Assembly (NCBI GenBank): GCA_963838925.1
Contig: CAWISW010000003.1
Location: 480,001-544,000, forward strand
Direction: 5' to 3'
DNA from: an uncultured Nitrososphaerota archaeon
GTDB taxonomy: Archaea > Thermoproteota > Nitrososphaeria > Nitrososphaerales > Gagatemarchaeaceae
DNA length: 64,000 nucleotides
The notes under the pieces were generated by a model. That model had not been told where the DNA came from, searched no databases, and saw only the letters and a program-made list of their open reading frames with translations. Positions 18,284 through 28,752 of this stretch are shown in pieces. The position numbers and the translations under genes are program-made. Position 1 is the first letter of the stretch; every line of letters begins with the position of its first letter.

Positions 18284-19839
18284 CAGAGAGGATAATCCGG
18301 GTCCTGGACACCACTCTCAGGGACGGCGAGCAGACTCCCGGAGTCTCCCTGACCCCAGACGAGAAGCTCGAGATAGCGGAGGCGCTGGACAGACTGGGGG
18401 TCGACGTCATCGAGGCGGGGTTCCCGATAACATCCAAGGGCGAGCAGGAGGGCGTCCGGAGGATAGCGAGGGCTGGCCTCAAGGCCGAGGTCTCCGGCCT
18501 CGCGAGGGCAGAGAAGGTCGACATAGACACGGCCATCAACTGCGGGGTCAAGGGCGTCCACGTCTTCCTGGCGTCCTCGGACATCCACCTCCAGCACAAG
18601 CTCCACATCACCAGGGAACAGATGCTGAAGCAGTCGGCAGACATGGTCAGGTACGCCAAGAGCTTCGGCGTAAAGGTCGAGTTCTCGGCGGAGGACGCCA
18701 CGCGGACCGAGATCCCGTTCTTCAAGCAGGTCGTCAAGGCCGTCACCGACGCTGGAATCGACCGGTTCGACATCCCAGACACAGTAGGGATAGCCACGCC
18801 CCAGAAGATGGCGGAGTACGTCCAGGCGGCGCGCTCTGTCTCGGACGTGATGATCAGCGTCCACTGCCACAACGACTACGGCCTCGCGGTCGCCAACAGC
18901 CTGGCCGGAGTGGTGGCCGGGGCGGACCAGGCGCACCTGACGATCAACGGCATCGGGGAGAGGTCGGGGAACACGTCCCTCGAGGAGTTCGTGATGGGCT
19001 GCTTCAACCTCTACGCGCTGAGGACCAACGTCAACTACTCGCTGCTCTACGAGACCTCGCGCCTCGTCTCGAGGCTGACGGGGGTAGTCATCCAGCCCAA
19101 CAAGGCGATAATCGGGGACAACGCGTTCGGGCACGAGTCGGGCATCCACACCCACGGCATACTGAGCAACCCCTCCACCTACGAGCCCTTCGACCCATCG
19201 ATGGTCGGCAGGACCAGGTGGCTGCAGGCGGGCAAGCACGCGGGGAGGCATGGGATCGCCTACCAGCTGCGGGGTATGGGGCTGAAGCCCAAGGAGGACA
19301 GCCTCAGGCTGATAGTGGAGAAGGTCAAGGAGATGGGCGACCAGGGGCGGAGCATAACCGACAGCGACCTCTACCAGCTCGCCATCCAGATAATGGGCGG
19401 AGGCAAGGCCGAGTCCGCGGAGATCGTCGAGCTCGAAGGGCTCGAGGTGGTCACCGGGATAAAGCGCCTCCCCAGCGCGACCGTCAAGCTGCTCATCAGG
19501 GGCCAGCTCCACGAGGCGACGGACGTGGGCTCGGGCCCGGTGGACGCAGCTGTCAACGCCATCCAGAAGATATTCAGCACCATCGACGTCATCAAGCTCA
19601 AGGAGTACAGGCTCGAGGCGCTCACGGGCGACGCCCAAGCGGTGGCCGACGTCTCGGTCAAGGTCGAGGACAGCACCGGCCTCACGGCCTCCGGGAGGGG
19701 GATGAAGAGGGACATCGTGGTGGCGAGCGTCGAGGCCATAGTCAGCGGGATAAACGCCCTGATGGCCAAGAAGCTGCAGTCCCAGCCCGCGGCTTCCATC
19801 TCTCCGCAAGGCGAGCAGAAGCCCATCGAGGGCATCTAA
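18280..19839 (+). CDS. leuA: 2-isopropylmalate synthase (or related citramalate synthase)
   Basis: [29 protein letters not shown]-terminal allosteric domain GPVDA. Confidence 0.92.
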   Translation: MTERIIRVLDTTLRDGEQTPGVSLTPDEKLEIAEALDRLGVDVIEAGFPITSKGEQEGVRRIARAGLKAEVSGLARAEKVDIDTAINCGVKGVHVFLASSDIHLQHKLHITREQMLKQSADMVRYAKSFGVKVEFSAEDATRTEIPFFKQVVKAVTDAGIDRFDIPDTVGIATPQKMAEYVQAARSVSDVMISVHCHNDYGLAVANSLAGVVAGADQAHLTINGIGERSGNTSLEEFVMGCFNLYALRTNVNYSLLYETSRLVSRLTGVVIQPNKAIIGDNAFGHESGIHTHGILSNPSTYEPFDPSMVGRTRWLQAGKHAGRHGIAYQLRGMGLKPKEDSLRLIVEKVKEMGDQGRSITDSDLYQLAIQIMGGGKAESAEIVELEGLEVVTGIKRLPSATVKLLIRGQLHEATDVGSGPVDAAVNAIQKIFSTIDVIKLKEYRLEALTGDAQAVADVSVKVEDSTGLTASGRGMKRDIVVASVEAIVSGINALMAKKLQSQPAASISPQGEQKPIEGI

Positions 19840-19854
19840 GGGAGAGCGAGGGAC

Positions 19855-21183
19855 ATGCCAGGCGCGACAATCTCAGAGAAGATAGTCTCACGCGCGATGG
19901 GGAGGAAGGCGAGGGCGGGCGACCTCATCGAGGCCCTCCCGGTCGACAAGCTCTACTTCAACGAGGTCATCGGGCCGCCAGCCATACTCAACTTCGAGAA
20001 GGACTTCGAGGACGTCTACACCGAGTCGGGCAAGAAGATGCAGGTCTTCAACCCCTCGCGCATCGCGTTCATGCCCGACCACACGGTCCCGTCGTGCTCG
20101 ATCAAGGTGAGCCAGGGCATCCGCCTCATGTCCGACTTCGCGAATGACCAGGGGATAGCCATGTACAAGGAGGGCGACGGCATCGAGCACACCATCGCCT
20201 CCGAGGAGGCGTTCGTCCTTCCGGGAGAGATAGCGGTGGCGACGGACTCCCACACGTGCACCCAGGGGGCGCTCGGCGCGCTGGCGTTCGGGATAGGGAC
20301 CACCGAGGGGGAGAACCTCCTCGCGACGGGCGAGCTCTACTCGTTCACCGTCCCCGAGACGATAAAGTTCAAGGTCAGCGGCAACTTCCAGAGGGGCGTC
20401 TACGCGAAGGACCTCGTCCTCCACGTCCTGGGGATGATGGGCGAGGGGGGAGCCTCCAAGCGCGTCGCCGAGTACACCGGGCCCACCATCGACTCGCTCG
20501 ACATGGAGGGCAGGTTCACAATCTGCAACCTCTCCGTCGAGATGAGCGCCAGGACCGCTATCATCAACCCGGACGAGAAGACCCTCGCCTACGTCGGCGA
20601 GGCGCTCGCCCGAAGGAAGATGACGATGACCGACGAGATCCGCGGGATGATGGCGAGGAGCGACCCCGACGCCATCTACGCAGAGTCGGTGGACGTCGAC
20701 GCCTCCTCGGTCGAGCCGACGGTCTCGCTCCCACACTCGCCCGCGAACGCCAAGCCGGTCAGCCAGGTGAGCGACCCGATCGACACGGTCTTCCTCGGCT
20801 CGTGCGCCAACGCGCGAGAGGCCGACCTCGCCATCGCGGCGAAGATCCTGAAGGGCAGGAAGGTCAGCCCGAAGACGAACCTCCTGGTCATCCCGGCCAG
20901 CAGGCGCGTGTACAACTGGGCGATGGACAACGGCCTGCTGAAGGTCTTCGCGGACGCAGGCGCAAACATCGAGTCCTCGAACTGCGGCCCCTGCTTCGGC
21001 AAGCACATGGGCATACTCGCCCCAGGCGACAGGTGCCTGAGCACCAGCAACCGCAACTACAAGGGAAGGATGGGCTCGCCCGAGGCCTACATCTACCTGG
21101 GCTCCCCCGCGCTCGCAGCGGCGACCGCGATAGAAGGGAGGATCGCCGACCCGAGGAAGTACCTGCCTGCCGGAGGGACCTAG
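19855..21183 (+). CDS. leuC: 3-isopropylmalate dehydratase large subunit
   Basis: PDH, DSHTCT, GSCAN, CGPCFG, STSNRNY. Confidence 0.93.
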   Translation: MPGATISEKIVSRAMGRKARAGDLIEALPVDKLYFNEVIGPPAILNFEKDFEDVYTESGKKMQVFNPSRIAFMPDHTVPSCSIKVSQGIRLMSDFANDQGIAMYKEGDGIEHTIASEEAFVLPGEIAVATDSHTCTQGALGALAFGIGTTEGENLLATGELYSFTVPETIKFKVSGNFQRGVYAKDLVLHVLGMMGEGGASKRVAEYTGPTIDSLDMEGRFTICNLSVEMSARTAIINPDEKTLAYVGEALARRKMTMTDEIRGMMARSDPDAIYAESVDVDASSVEPTVSLPHSPANAKPVSQVSDPIDTVFLGSCANAREADLAIAAKILKGRKVSPKTNLLVIPASRRVYNWAMDNGLLKVFADAGANIESSNCGPCFGKHMGILAPGDRCLSTSNRNYKGRMGSPEAYIYLGSPALAAATAIEGRIADPRKYLPAGGT

Positions 21184-21185
21184 CG

Positions 21186-21719
21186 ATGCAGATGAGGGGT
21201 AAGGTAGCCAAGAGGTTCGGGGACGACATCAACACCGACTACATCATCCCCGCGTACCTCCTCCAGGAGAGTTGGGACAAGCAGTTCTTCGCCGACCATG
21301 CGTTCGAGGGGTACGACCCCACCTTTGGCGCGGCGTGCAGGGCTAACAAGGAGAGCATAGTCGTTGGCGCGAACAACTTCGGCTGCGGCAGCTCGAGGGA
21401 GCAGGCCGTCTACGCCATCAAGTACAACAACGTCTTGGCCGTGGTCGCCCAGAGCTTCCCGGACATCTTCTTCCGCAACTGCCTCAACAACGGGCTGCTG
21501 CCAATCCAGATCAATGACACCAGCGGGATCTCAATCGGGGACGAGCTCGTGGTCGACCTCGACTCCCGGAGTCTGAGGGACGACACCTTAGGGGTTGCCT
21601 ATCCCATCATCGCGACCGACGCGGCGATAGAGACGATGAAGAGGGGCGGCTTCCTGGGCTTCGTCCGGGAGAGGCTCCGGCAGAAGCTAAAAGCAGAGCC
21701 GATGAAGGCCCCGTCCTAG
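21186..21719 (+). CDS. leuD: 3-isopropylmalate dehydratase small subunit
   Basis: ATG 21186; DDINTDYIIP, NFGCGSSREQA, IFFRNCLNNG. Confidence 0.94.
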   Translation: MQMRGKVAKRFGDDINTDYIIPAYLLQESWDKQFFADHAFEGYDPTFGAACRANKESIVVGANNFGCGSSREQAVYAIKYNNVLAVVAQSFPDIFFRNCLNNGLLPIQINDTSGISIGDELVVDLDSRSLRDDTLGVAYPIIATDAAIETMKRGGFLGFVRERLRQKLKAEPMKAPS

Positions 21720-21726
21720 TAGCAGG

Positions 21727-22785
21727 TTGTCGCGACAACAGCCCCGCCTCAAGTCGAAGCAGAAGCAATATTCCATCGCGCTGATCAAAGGCGACGGCGT
21801 CGGCCCAGAGATATCCGAGTCGTCGCTCCTCGTCCTCGACGCGCTGCACGACAAGCTCGGACTTGGCTTCTCGGTGAAGGAGTCGCCTGCGGGGGACAAC
21901 TGCAGGATGAAGACGGGCGTCCCGCTCCCAGAGGCTTCCCTGAAGATCATACGCTCCTCAGACGCGTGCCTGAAGGCACCTGTGGGCGAGACCGCAGCAG
22001 ACGTGATAGTGAAGCTCAGGCAGATGCTCGACCTCTACGCGAACGTGAGGCCGGCCAAGAGCCTCCCCAACGTCCCCTCGCTGAAGCCGGGGATAGACAT
22101 GGTGATCGTGCGCGAGAACACGGAGGACCTCTACAAGGGCCAGGAGTTCGAGTTCGACGGAGGCGTGGTCGCCCTAAGGACGATTACCAGGTCTGCGTCC
22201 GAGAGGATCGCAGAGTACGCCTTCGAGGCGGCAGAACTACGCGCGGGGGCACGAAAGGTTGTAGCCGTGCACAAGTCCAACGTCCTCAGGAAGAGCGACG
22301 GCCTGTTTGCGCAGGTTTGCAGGGATGTTTCCAAGTCGCACCCGAAGATAACCTTCAGCGAGATGCTGGTCGACGCGGCGGCGATGAACCTCATACGGGA
22401 CCCCGCATCGTTCGACGTCATCGTCACCACGAACCTCTACGGCGACATCCTCTCCGACGAGGCTGCCCAGCTGGTGGGGGGGCTCGGGATGACGCCCTCC
22501 GCCAACATAGGCAAGGACTTCGCCCTCTTCGAGCCGGTCCACGGGGCCGCCCCCGACATCGCAGGGAAGGGCGTGGCAAACCCAGTGGCGATGATCCTCA
22601 CTGTGGGGATGATGCTCGACTGGCTCGCGAAGACCCGCCAGGACAAGGCTTGCGCTGCGGGGGCCGTCGCCATCCGGACGGCCGTCAACCGGGTCCTTGA
22701 GACGAGCACCAGGACCCCCGACCTGGGCGGGAAGGCGACCACGAAGCAGGTCGGAGAGGCGGTCGCCGCAGCGATAAGTAAATAG
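21727..22785 (+). CDS. leuB: 3-isopropylmalate dehydrogenase
   Basis: GDGVGPE, RENTEDLY, NLYGDILSD, FEPVHGAAPDIAG; operon context. Confidence 0.92.
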   Translation: MSRQQPRLKSKQKQYSIALIKGDGVGPEISESSLLVLDALHDKLGLGFSVKESPAGDNCRMKTGVPLPEASLKIIRSSDACLKAPVGETAADVIVKLRQMLDLYANVRPAKSLPNVPSLKPGIDMVIVRENTEDLYKGQEFEFDGGVVALRTITRSASERIAEYAFEAAELRAGARKVVAVHKSNVLRKSDGLFAQVCRDVSKSHPKITFSEMLVDAAAMNLIRDPASFDVIVTTNLYGDILSDEAAQLVGGLGMTPSANIGKDFALFEPVHGAAPDIAGKGVANPVAMILTVGMMLDWLAKTRQDKACAAGAVAIRTAVNRVLETSTRTPDLGGKATTKQVGEAVAAAISK

Positions 22786-22837
22786 GCAAGTAGGGGTATC
22801 CTAACTATCTTCGGAGTAAGAGGCAGAGACTATAGCG

Positions 22838-23791
22838 ATGCAGCCGACGAAGAAGATATGGTTCGACGGGGCGTTTGTCCCCTGGGAGGACGCCAACGTG
22901 CACGTCCTCACCCACGCCTTACACTACGGTTACGCTATCTTCGAGGGCATCAGGGCGAACTCGACGCCAAAGGGACCGGCGGTGTTCCGCCTGCGCGAGC
23001 ACATCAAGCGCCTCATGAACGGGACCAAGGCCTACAGGATGAAGCTCCCCTTCACCGAGGACGAGCTCGTGCAGGGGTGCCTCGACCTCGTCAAGGTCAA
23101 CGGCCTCAGCGAGTGCTACATCCGCCCGATAGTCTTCAGCTCATACGGTGAGATGGGGGTGAACCCGATGAAGAACAAGATCTCGGGCGCCATCGCCGCG
23201 TGGGAGTGGGGCTCATACCTGGGCGACGAGGGGATGGAGAAGGGCATCAGGGCCACGATATCGAGCTGGGCGAGGATCGACCCGAGGACGCTGCCTCCCC
23301 ACGCCAAGTGCTCCGCTAACTACGCGAACTCGATACTCGCCAAGATGGACGCGCTATCCGCGGGGTTCGACGAGGCGATTCTGCTCACTGTCAACGGGCT
23401 GGTGGCCGAGGGCACCGGGGAGAACATCTTCCGCATCAGGGACGGCGTGCTCACAACACCGACGAAGTCCGCCGGCGTCCTGGAGGGAATAACAAGGGAC
23501 TCGGTCATCCAGATTGCAAAGGACAACGGCATCCCGTTCAAGGAGGAGGACTTCATCCGAGAAGACGTCTTCTCGGCTGACGAGCTCTTCCTCTGCGGCA
23601 CGGCGGCGAACGTCACGCCGATTAGGGAGGTGGACAACCGGACGATAGGCAACGGGAGCTTCCCCATCACGAGGAAGATCCAAGAGGCCTACCTCAGCGC
23701 CATCCACGGCAAGACGCAAAAGTACGAGTCATGGCTGTCCTACGCGAGCCTGCCTCCCATCTACAACAGATCCTCTTCCGAGAAGGTTTAA
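22838..23791 (+). CDS. ilvE: branched-chain amino acid aminotransferase
   Basis: HALHYG, FEGIR, YIRP, AK(PLP)CSANY, EGTGEN, LEGITR, GTAA. Confidence 0.96.
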   Translation: MQPTKKIWFDGAFVPWEDANVHVLTHALHYGYAIFEGIRANSTPKGPAVFRLREHIKRLMNGTKAYRMKLPFTEDELVQGCLDLVKVNGLSECYIRPIVFSSYGEMGVNPMKNKISGAIAAWEWGSYLGDEGMEKGIRATISSWARIDPRTLPPHAKCSANYANSILAKMDALSAGFDEAILLTVNGLVAEGTGENIFRIRDGVLTTPTKSAGVLEGITRDSVIQIAKDNGIPFKEEDFIREDVFSADELFLCGTAANVTPIREVDNRTIGNGSFPITRKIQEAYLSAIHGKTQKYESWLSYASLPPIYNRSSSEKV

Positions 23792-23827
23792 GCGGAAGAT
23801 TTTCGGCTCCGGCAACGGAATAGCTGC

Positions 23828-25230
23828 TTGTCGAGAGAAGCAGACGTCGTGGTCATCGGCGGAGGCCCGGGGGCTATGTCTGCGCCATCAGGGCAGCCCA
23901 GCTCGGGCTGAAGACAGTCCTCGTTGAGAGAGACCAGCTGGGCGGAGTTTGTGTCGCAATGGGCTGCATCCCCTCCAAGGCGCTGATTACCATGGCAAAG
24001 CTCTACGAGAGGGCGAAGGAGGGCGCGAGCTTCGGGATAGTCGCCGACGGCATCAGGGTCGACCTGCCGGCCCTCCAAAAGTGGAAGGCGGGCGTCGTCT
24101 CGACGCTCGAGACGGGGGTCGCGACCCTCTGCCGAGGCAACAAGGTCGAGGTCATCGAGGGGAGCGCGGAGGTCATCGACGCGAAGAGGGTCAAGGTGAT
24201 GACCAGCTCGGGGACCGAGGAGATCAAGACGAAGAACCTGGTGATAGCGACAGGCTCGCGAGCCATATCCCTGCCCGGATTGGAGTTCGACGGGGCGCTC
24301 GTCCTCAGCTCCATGGAGGCGCTCGCGCTGGAGAAGGTCCCGGAGAGCATCTTGGTGGTGGGCGGGGGGTACATCGGCCTCGAGATTTGCGGGGTCTACC
24401 AGAAGCTCGGCAGCAAGGTCACGATAGTGGAGCTCACCGACCAGCTTCTCCCGGGCACCGAGCCCGACCTCGTGAGGCTCCCCCAGAGGAATCTCGAAAG
24501 GAAGGGGGCGAAGGTCCTGCTAAAGTCGAAGGTCCTCTCGCTCGAGAAGCGCGGGGGCGCGGTCAAGGCCCGAGTCTCAACACCCAGCGGAGAGGTCATC
24601 GTGGAGGCGAGCGTCGCGCTCGTCAGCGTCGGGAGGGAGCCGCTGACCGCTGAGATGAACCTCGTGGGAATCGGGGTGAAGACCGACGCCAAGGGCTACA
24701 TCGTCACCGACGAGAGGATGAAGACGAGCGCGGAGGGGGTCTACGCCATCGGGGACGTGCGGGGGCAGCCCCTTCTCGCCCACAAGGCGATGAAGGAAGG
24801 CGCCGTGGCAGCGGAGGTCATCGCTGGCCTGCCTAGCGCCGCCGACTGGAAGACCGTCCCCTGGGCGATCTTCACCGATCCGGAGATCGCCGGCGTCGGG
24901 CTCACGGAGAAGGCGGCGGTGGAGGCCGGTCTGCAGGTCAAGAGGAGCCGATTCTCGTTCGGCGCCCTGGGGCGCGCTCTAGCCGCAGGCGAGGGGGAGG
25001 GATTCGTCAGGATCGTCTCCGACGCGAAGACGGGCCTTGTCCTCGGAGTGCAGATCGTCGGGCCAGACGCCTCCAACCTCATCAGCGAGGCGGCCCTCGC
25101 GATAGAGATGGGGGCCACAGTCGAAGACATCGCGCTCACCATCCATCCTCACCCGACCCTGCCCGAAGCCATCATGGAGGCCGCCGAGGTCGCGGCGGGC
25201 AGGCCCATCCACCAGATGAAGGGGCTGTAG
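23828..25230 (+). CDS. lpdA: dihydrolipoamide dehydrogenase (E3); one-base frameshift in G run 23869-23873
   Basis: MSREADVVVIGGGPG then frame change to GYVCAIRAAQLG...GGVCVAMGCIPSK; GGGYIGLE; HPHPTLPE. Confidence 0.92.
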
Positions 25231-25890
25231 TTGACGACCCTCACGCTGCTCGACCGCGGTCGGGAACCGTACCAGGCCACTTGGGAGCTGCAGAAGGACC
25301 TTGTCAGGAGACGGACACAAGGTGAGACCGACGTGGACGCCCTCATCCTAGTGGAGCACGACCACGTCATCACCCTAGGGAGGAAGACCACTGTCGAGAA
25401 CTTCAAGCCCCAGGACATCCCCGTCTTCCAGGTGGAGAGGGGCGGCGACGCCACATACCACGGCCCCGGCCAGCTCGTGGGCTACCCTATCATCAGGCTC
25501 TCGACGCCAAACGTCCAGCGCTTCGTCCGCGACCTCGAGGAGGTGCTCATCCAAGCGACCGGGAGCTTCGGAATCGAGGGAGCCCGCGTTGAGGGCCATC
25601 CAGGGGTGTGGGTGGGCGGGCGCAAGGTCGCATCCATCGGCGTCGCCGTGACCAACTGGGTCACCTACCATGGCTTCGCCCTGAACGTCAACACCGACCT
25701 CTCCTACTTCGCCCTCATCAAGCCCTGCGGCTTGGACCCAGAAAAGTTGACTTCGATGAAGAAGATCCTCGGGAAAGACGTCTCTTTCGACGAGGTCAAG
25801 AGGGTGGTCGTCGCGAAGTTCACAGGCGTGTTCGGGTACGGCCCTCCCCAGGTCACGACGGGAAAAGCGCTCTCCGCACCTCAAGCCTGA
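25231..25890 (+). CDS. lipB: lipoyl(octanoyl) transferase
   Basis: EHDHVITLGR, RGGDATYHGPGQLVGYP, KVASIG, HGFALN, PCG. Confidence 0.94.
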   Translation: MTTLTLLDRGREPYQATWELQKDLVRRRTQGETDVDALILVEHDHVITLGRKTTVENFKPQDIPVFQVERGGDATYHGPGQLVGYPIIRLSTPNVQRFVRDLEEVLIQATGSFGIEGARVEGHPGVWVGGRKVASIGVAVTNWVTYHGFALNVNTDLSYFALIKPCGLDPEKLTSMKKILGKDVSFDEVKRVVVAKFTGVFGYGPPQVTTGKALSAPQA

Positions 25891-25928
25891 GCAAAGATTA
25901 AGAAGCGGAGTCTGCGCGCGAGTTTTTT

Positions 25929-27503
25929 GTGCCAAAGGCTCCAAAGATCACTTACACGACGCTCTTCGGTGACGAGAGCATACATCCGAAGTACGAGGCA
26001 GCCCTGAAGAGGTTCGCATCGACGCAGCTCGGCAAGCACCACAAGATGCACATCGGCTTCGGAGAGGTGAGCTCCGAGGCGGGCGAGTTCGAGCACAGAA
26101 GCCCGATAGACACCACGGTCGTCGTCAGCTACTTCCCCATCGGGCAGCAGGAGCACGCGAAGCGGGCCATCGAGGAGGCGAAGCGGGCCTTCCCAGGCTG
26201 GAGCGAGACGCCGTGGCGCGAGAGGGTCAGAATCCTGAGGAGGGCCGCCGAGTTGATCGACGAGCGGAAGTTCGACATCGCCGCAACAATCACCTACGAG
26301 GTGGGGAAGAACCGGCTCGAGTCCCTCGCCGAGGCCTGGGAAGCGATGGACGCCATCAAGCTCTACGCCAAAGTGATGGAGGAGAACAAGGGATACACCA
26401 GGGAGACCGAGGGGGTCGCAGGCGAGCATGGGAAGATCATCGCCAAGCCACTCGGGGTCTGGCCGGTCATATCCCCCTTCAACTTCCCCTTCATGCTCGC
26501 GAACGGAATGGCCACGGGCGCCCTCCTGACCGGGAACACCGTCATACTGAAGCCCACGAGCGAGGCACCGCTCACGGGCCTGATGCTCTACCAGGTCTAC
26601 CGGGACGCCGGCGTCCCCGCCGGCGCTGTGAACTTCGTCACCGGCCCCGGCCCCAACTTCTCTAGCGAGTTCACCGAGAACCGCGACGTCGCGGGAATCA
26701 CCTTCACGGGCTCGAGGGCGGTGGGGATGAGCCTCTACCACGAGTTCCTCACCCACCAGCCGTACGCGAAGCCCGTCCTGATGGAGCTGGGCAGCAAGAA
26801 CCCCGCCATCATCACGGCGAAAGCGGACCTGAAGAAGGCCGTCGAAGGCGTCGTCAGAGCGGCCTACGGATACAGCGGGCAGAAGTGCAGCGCCAACTCA
26901 AGAGTATACGTCCAGAAGGAGGTCAAGAACGAGTTTCTCGACATGCTGAAGCAGAGGCTCGCCTCGCTCTCGGTCCAGGACCCGAGGGAGAAGAGCGCGT
27001 TCATGGGCCCGGTAATCAACCCAGCGGCGATGGAGACCTTCGCCAAGGCGGTAAGAGAGGCGAAGCAGGACGGAGGGAGGGTGGTCTTCGGCGGGGAGGC
27101 AATCACCAAGGGCGCCTTCGGGAGGGGCTACTACGTCCAGCCGACCGTCGTGACCGGCCTTCCCGTGGACAACGACCTCTTCAAGAGGGAGCTCTTCGTC
27201 CCGCTCCTGGTAGTCGCCGAGTTCAAGACCCTCGACGACGCCCTCGACGAGGCCAACGACACCGACTACGGCCTGACGGCGGGGATCTTCAGCGAGGACA
27301 AGAAGGAGGTCGCGAAGTTCATGGACAAGATCCAGTTCGGCGTCGTCTACGCCAACAGGAGCGGCGGCGCCACCACGGGCGCGTGGCCAGGGCCCCAATC
27401 CTTCGTAGGGTGGAAGGCCAGCGGCTCCACAGGGAAGGGGATCGGCGGCCCCAGCTACCTGCTCACTTTCCTGAGAGAGCAGTCTCAGACCGTCGTCTCC
27501 TAG
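25929..27503 (+). CDS. aldehyde dehydrogenase (1-pyrroline-5-carboxylate dehydrogenase-like)
   Basis: ISPFNFP, FTGS, ELGSKN, GQKCSA, ELFVP, YGLTAG. Confidence 0.9.
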   Translation: MPKAPKITYTTLFGDESIHPKYEAALKRFASTQLGKHHKMHIGFGEVSSEAGEFEHRSPIDTTVVVSYFPIGQQEHAKRAIEEAKRAFPGWSETPWRERVRILRRAAELIDERKFDIAATITYEVGKNRLESLAEAWEAMDAIKLYAKVMEENKGYTRETEGVAGEHGKIIAKPLGVWPVISPFNFPFMLANGMATGALLTGNTVILKPTSEAPLTGLMLYQVYRDAGVPAGAVNFVTGPGPNFSSEFTENRDVAGITFTGSRAVGMSLYHEFLTHQPYAKPVLMELGSKNPAIITAKADLKKAVEGVVRAAYGYSGQKCSANSRVYVQKEVKNEFLDMLKQRLASLSVQDPREKSAFMGPVINPAAMETFAKAVREAKQDGGRVVFGGEAITKGAFGRGYYVQPTVVTGLPVDNDLFKRELFVPLLVVAEFKTLDDALDEANDTDYGLTAGIFSEDKKEVAKFMDKIQFGVVYANRSGGATTGAWPGPQSFVGWKASGSTGKGIGGPSYLLTFLREQSQTVVS

Positions 27504-27513
27504 ACGCCTGGGC

Positions 27514-28185
27514 TCAGGACGAGGCGTCCTGGCGCCTCGAGTAGGCGCCATAGACTAGGGCGGCGATCAGCAGCCCCACGAGCAGCGGCGAGAGGGTCGC
27601 CACCAGGCTCCCCACACCTTCTCCGGGAAGCACCGTGAGGAGCGAGCTTGGCTTCGCCTGCGCCTCGGCTGAGGTGGTGGTTGACTCGAGGTTTCCGAGA
27701 ACCGTCGTCGACGAAACCGTGGTCGAGCCCACGACCGTTGTCGTACTCATCGTCACGGTCTCTGTCGAGGCCGTGATCGCAGCCTGCGCCGGAGAGGCTT
27801 GGGGAGACGTCGCGGTTGACGCCGCGCTCCCTCCAGCGAACGTCGCGGAGGTGGCGACCGTAGTGGTGGAAGCGGTAGTTGTCGCAGTGGTCGTGGCTTC
27901 TGACGAGGCGGGGCCTGAGTTCGTCGAGGCGACGCTAGTACCCGAAGACGTAAGGGGCGCGGTCGGGAGAATGACCGGCGGTGCGGTGGAAGTCGTGGCG
28001 ATGCCCAAAGAAGTCGATGTTGACATCGCTGCCTGGGTAGCCGAGGTCCCGGAATTCACCAATCCCGTTTGGAGGGATGGATTCGACTGGGGGAAGATTG
28101 AACCCGCCCCTACCAGCAGGAGAGCCAGGGCCAGACCAGCTATCGCGCCCACGAAGAAGCCCCTCCCCGTCATCCCGCCGCTCAT
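27514..28185 (-). CDS. Ser/Thr-rich membrane protein with N- and C-terminal TM segments
   Basis: Hydrophobic ends around a low-complexity S/T/A core. Confidence 0.75.
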   Translation of the reverse strand: MSGGMTGRGFFVGAIAGLALALLLVGAGSIFPQSNPSLQTGLVNSGTSATQAAMSTSTSLGIATTSTAPPVILPTAPLTSSGTSVASTNSGPASSEATTTATTTASTTTVATSATFAGGSAASTATSPQASPAQAAITASTETVTMSTTTVVGSTTVSSTTVLGNLESTTTSAEAQAKPSSLLTVLPGEGVGSLVATLSPLLVGLLIAALVYGAYSRRQDASS

Positions 28186-28226
28186 CTCTATACTCTGAGC
28201 TCCCCGGGGCTACTTAGTTCTAACAT

Positions 28227-28679
28227 CTAGAACGGCTTCCTCCTCCACAACCTGGCCGCCTCGAACCAGAAGGCTGCCGCCGCGCCCACAACCCCGACGA
28301 GGGCGTAGAGGTCCAGGAAGCTATAGTCCTCTATCACGTAGGCCGCGGCCACGCTTGTGAAGAAGACTGCGTAGAACCCGAGCCTGGGGAGGCTGAACTT
28401 TCCCACGTTGACGAAGGCCTGGAGGATCCCCGGGTCGACCTTCTTGCTCAGGAGGTAGTTTCCCATCGCGTCCTGCTCTATTATTCCCAGCCGCGTGAGC
28501 TTCTCGATGTGGTGGAAAGCCACGCTCGGGCTCGAGAACCCGAGCTCCCGCTGGACCTCCCTCACCCCGACCGGCTTCCCCTGCCTGAGGACGTAGAGGT
28601 AGACCTTGAGCGTCTTGCCGCGGAGCTCGTACTCGATCCTCGCCTTGTCCTCCGCCTCCGACGGCGCCGGGGCTCCCAT
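28227..28679 (-). CDS. membrane-tethered wHTH transcriptional regulator
   Basis: ATG 28679; LRGKTLKVYLY...GVREVQRELGFSSPSVAFHHIEKL followed by two TM helices. Confidence 0.85.
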   Translation of the reverse strand: MGAPAPSEAEDKARIEYELRGKTLKVYLYVLRQGKPVGVREVQRELGFSSPSVAFHHIEKLTRLGIIEQDAMGNYLLSKKVDPGILQAFVNVGKFSLPRLGFYAVFFTSVAAAYVIEDYSFLDLYALVGVVGAAAAFWFEAARLWRRKPF

Positions 28680-28752
28680 CGCCTTGGTGCTGCGCGCCCC
28701 TTGCTGATAAAACATACACCTCTTATGACCGGCGGAAGGAGACTTCCGCCGG

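Noticed and set aside
18031-21185. Long alternative-frame ORFs over leuA/leuC (592, 659, 487 aa)
   Set aside because: Arg/Gly/Pro-rich shadow frames caused by high GC3; only the leuD part of the 487-aa ORF is real
27635-28198. Val-rich plus-strand ORF
   Set aside because: Antisense mirror of the Thr/Ser-rich membrane protein
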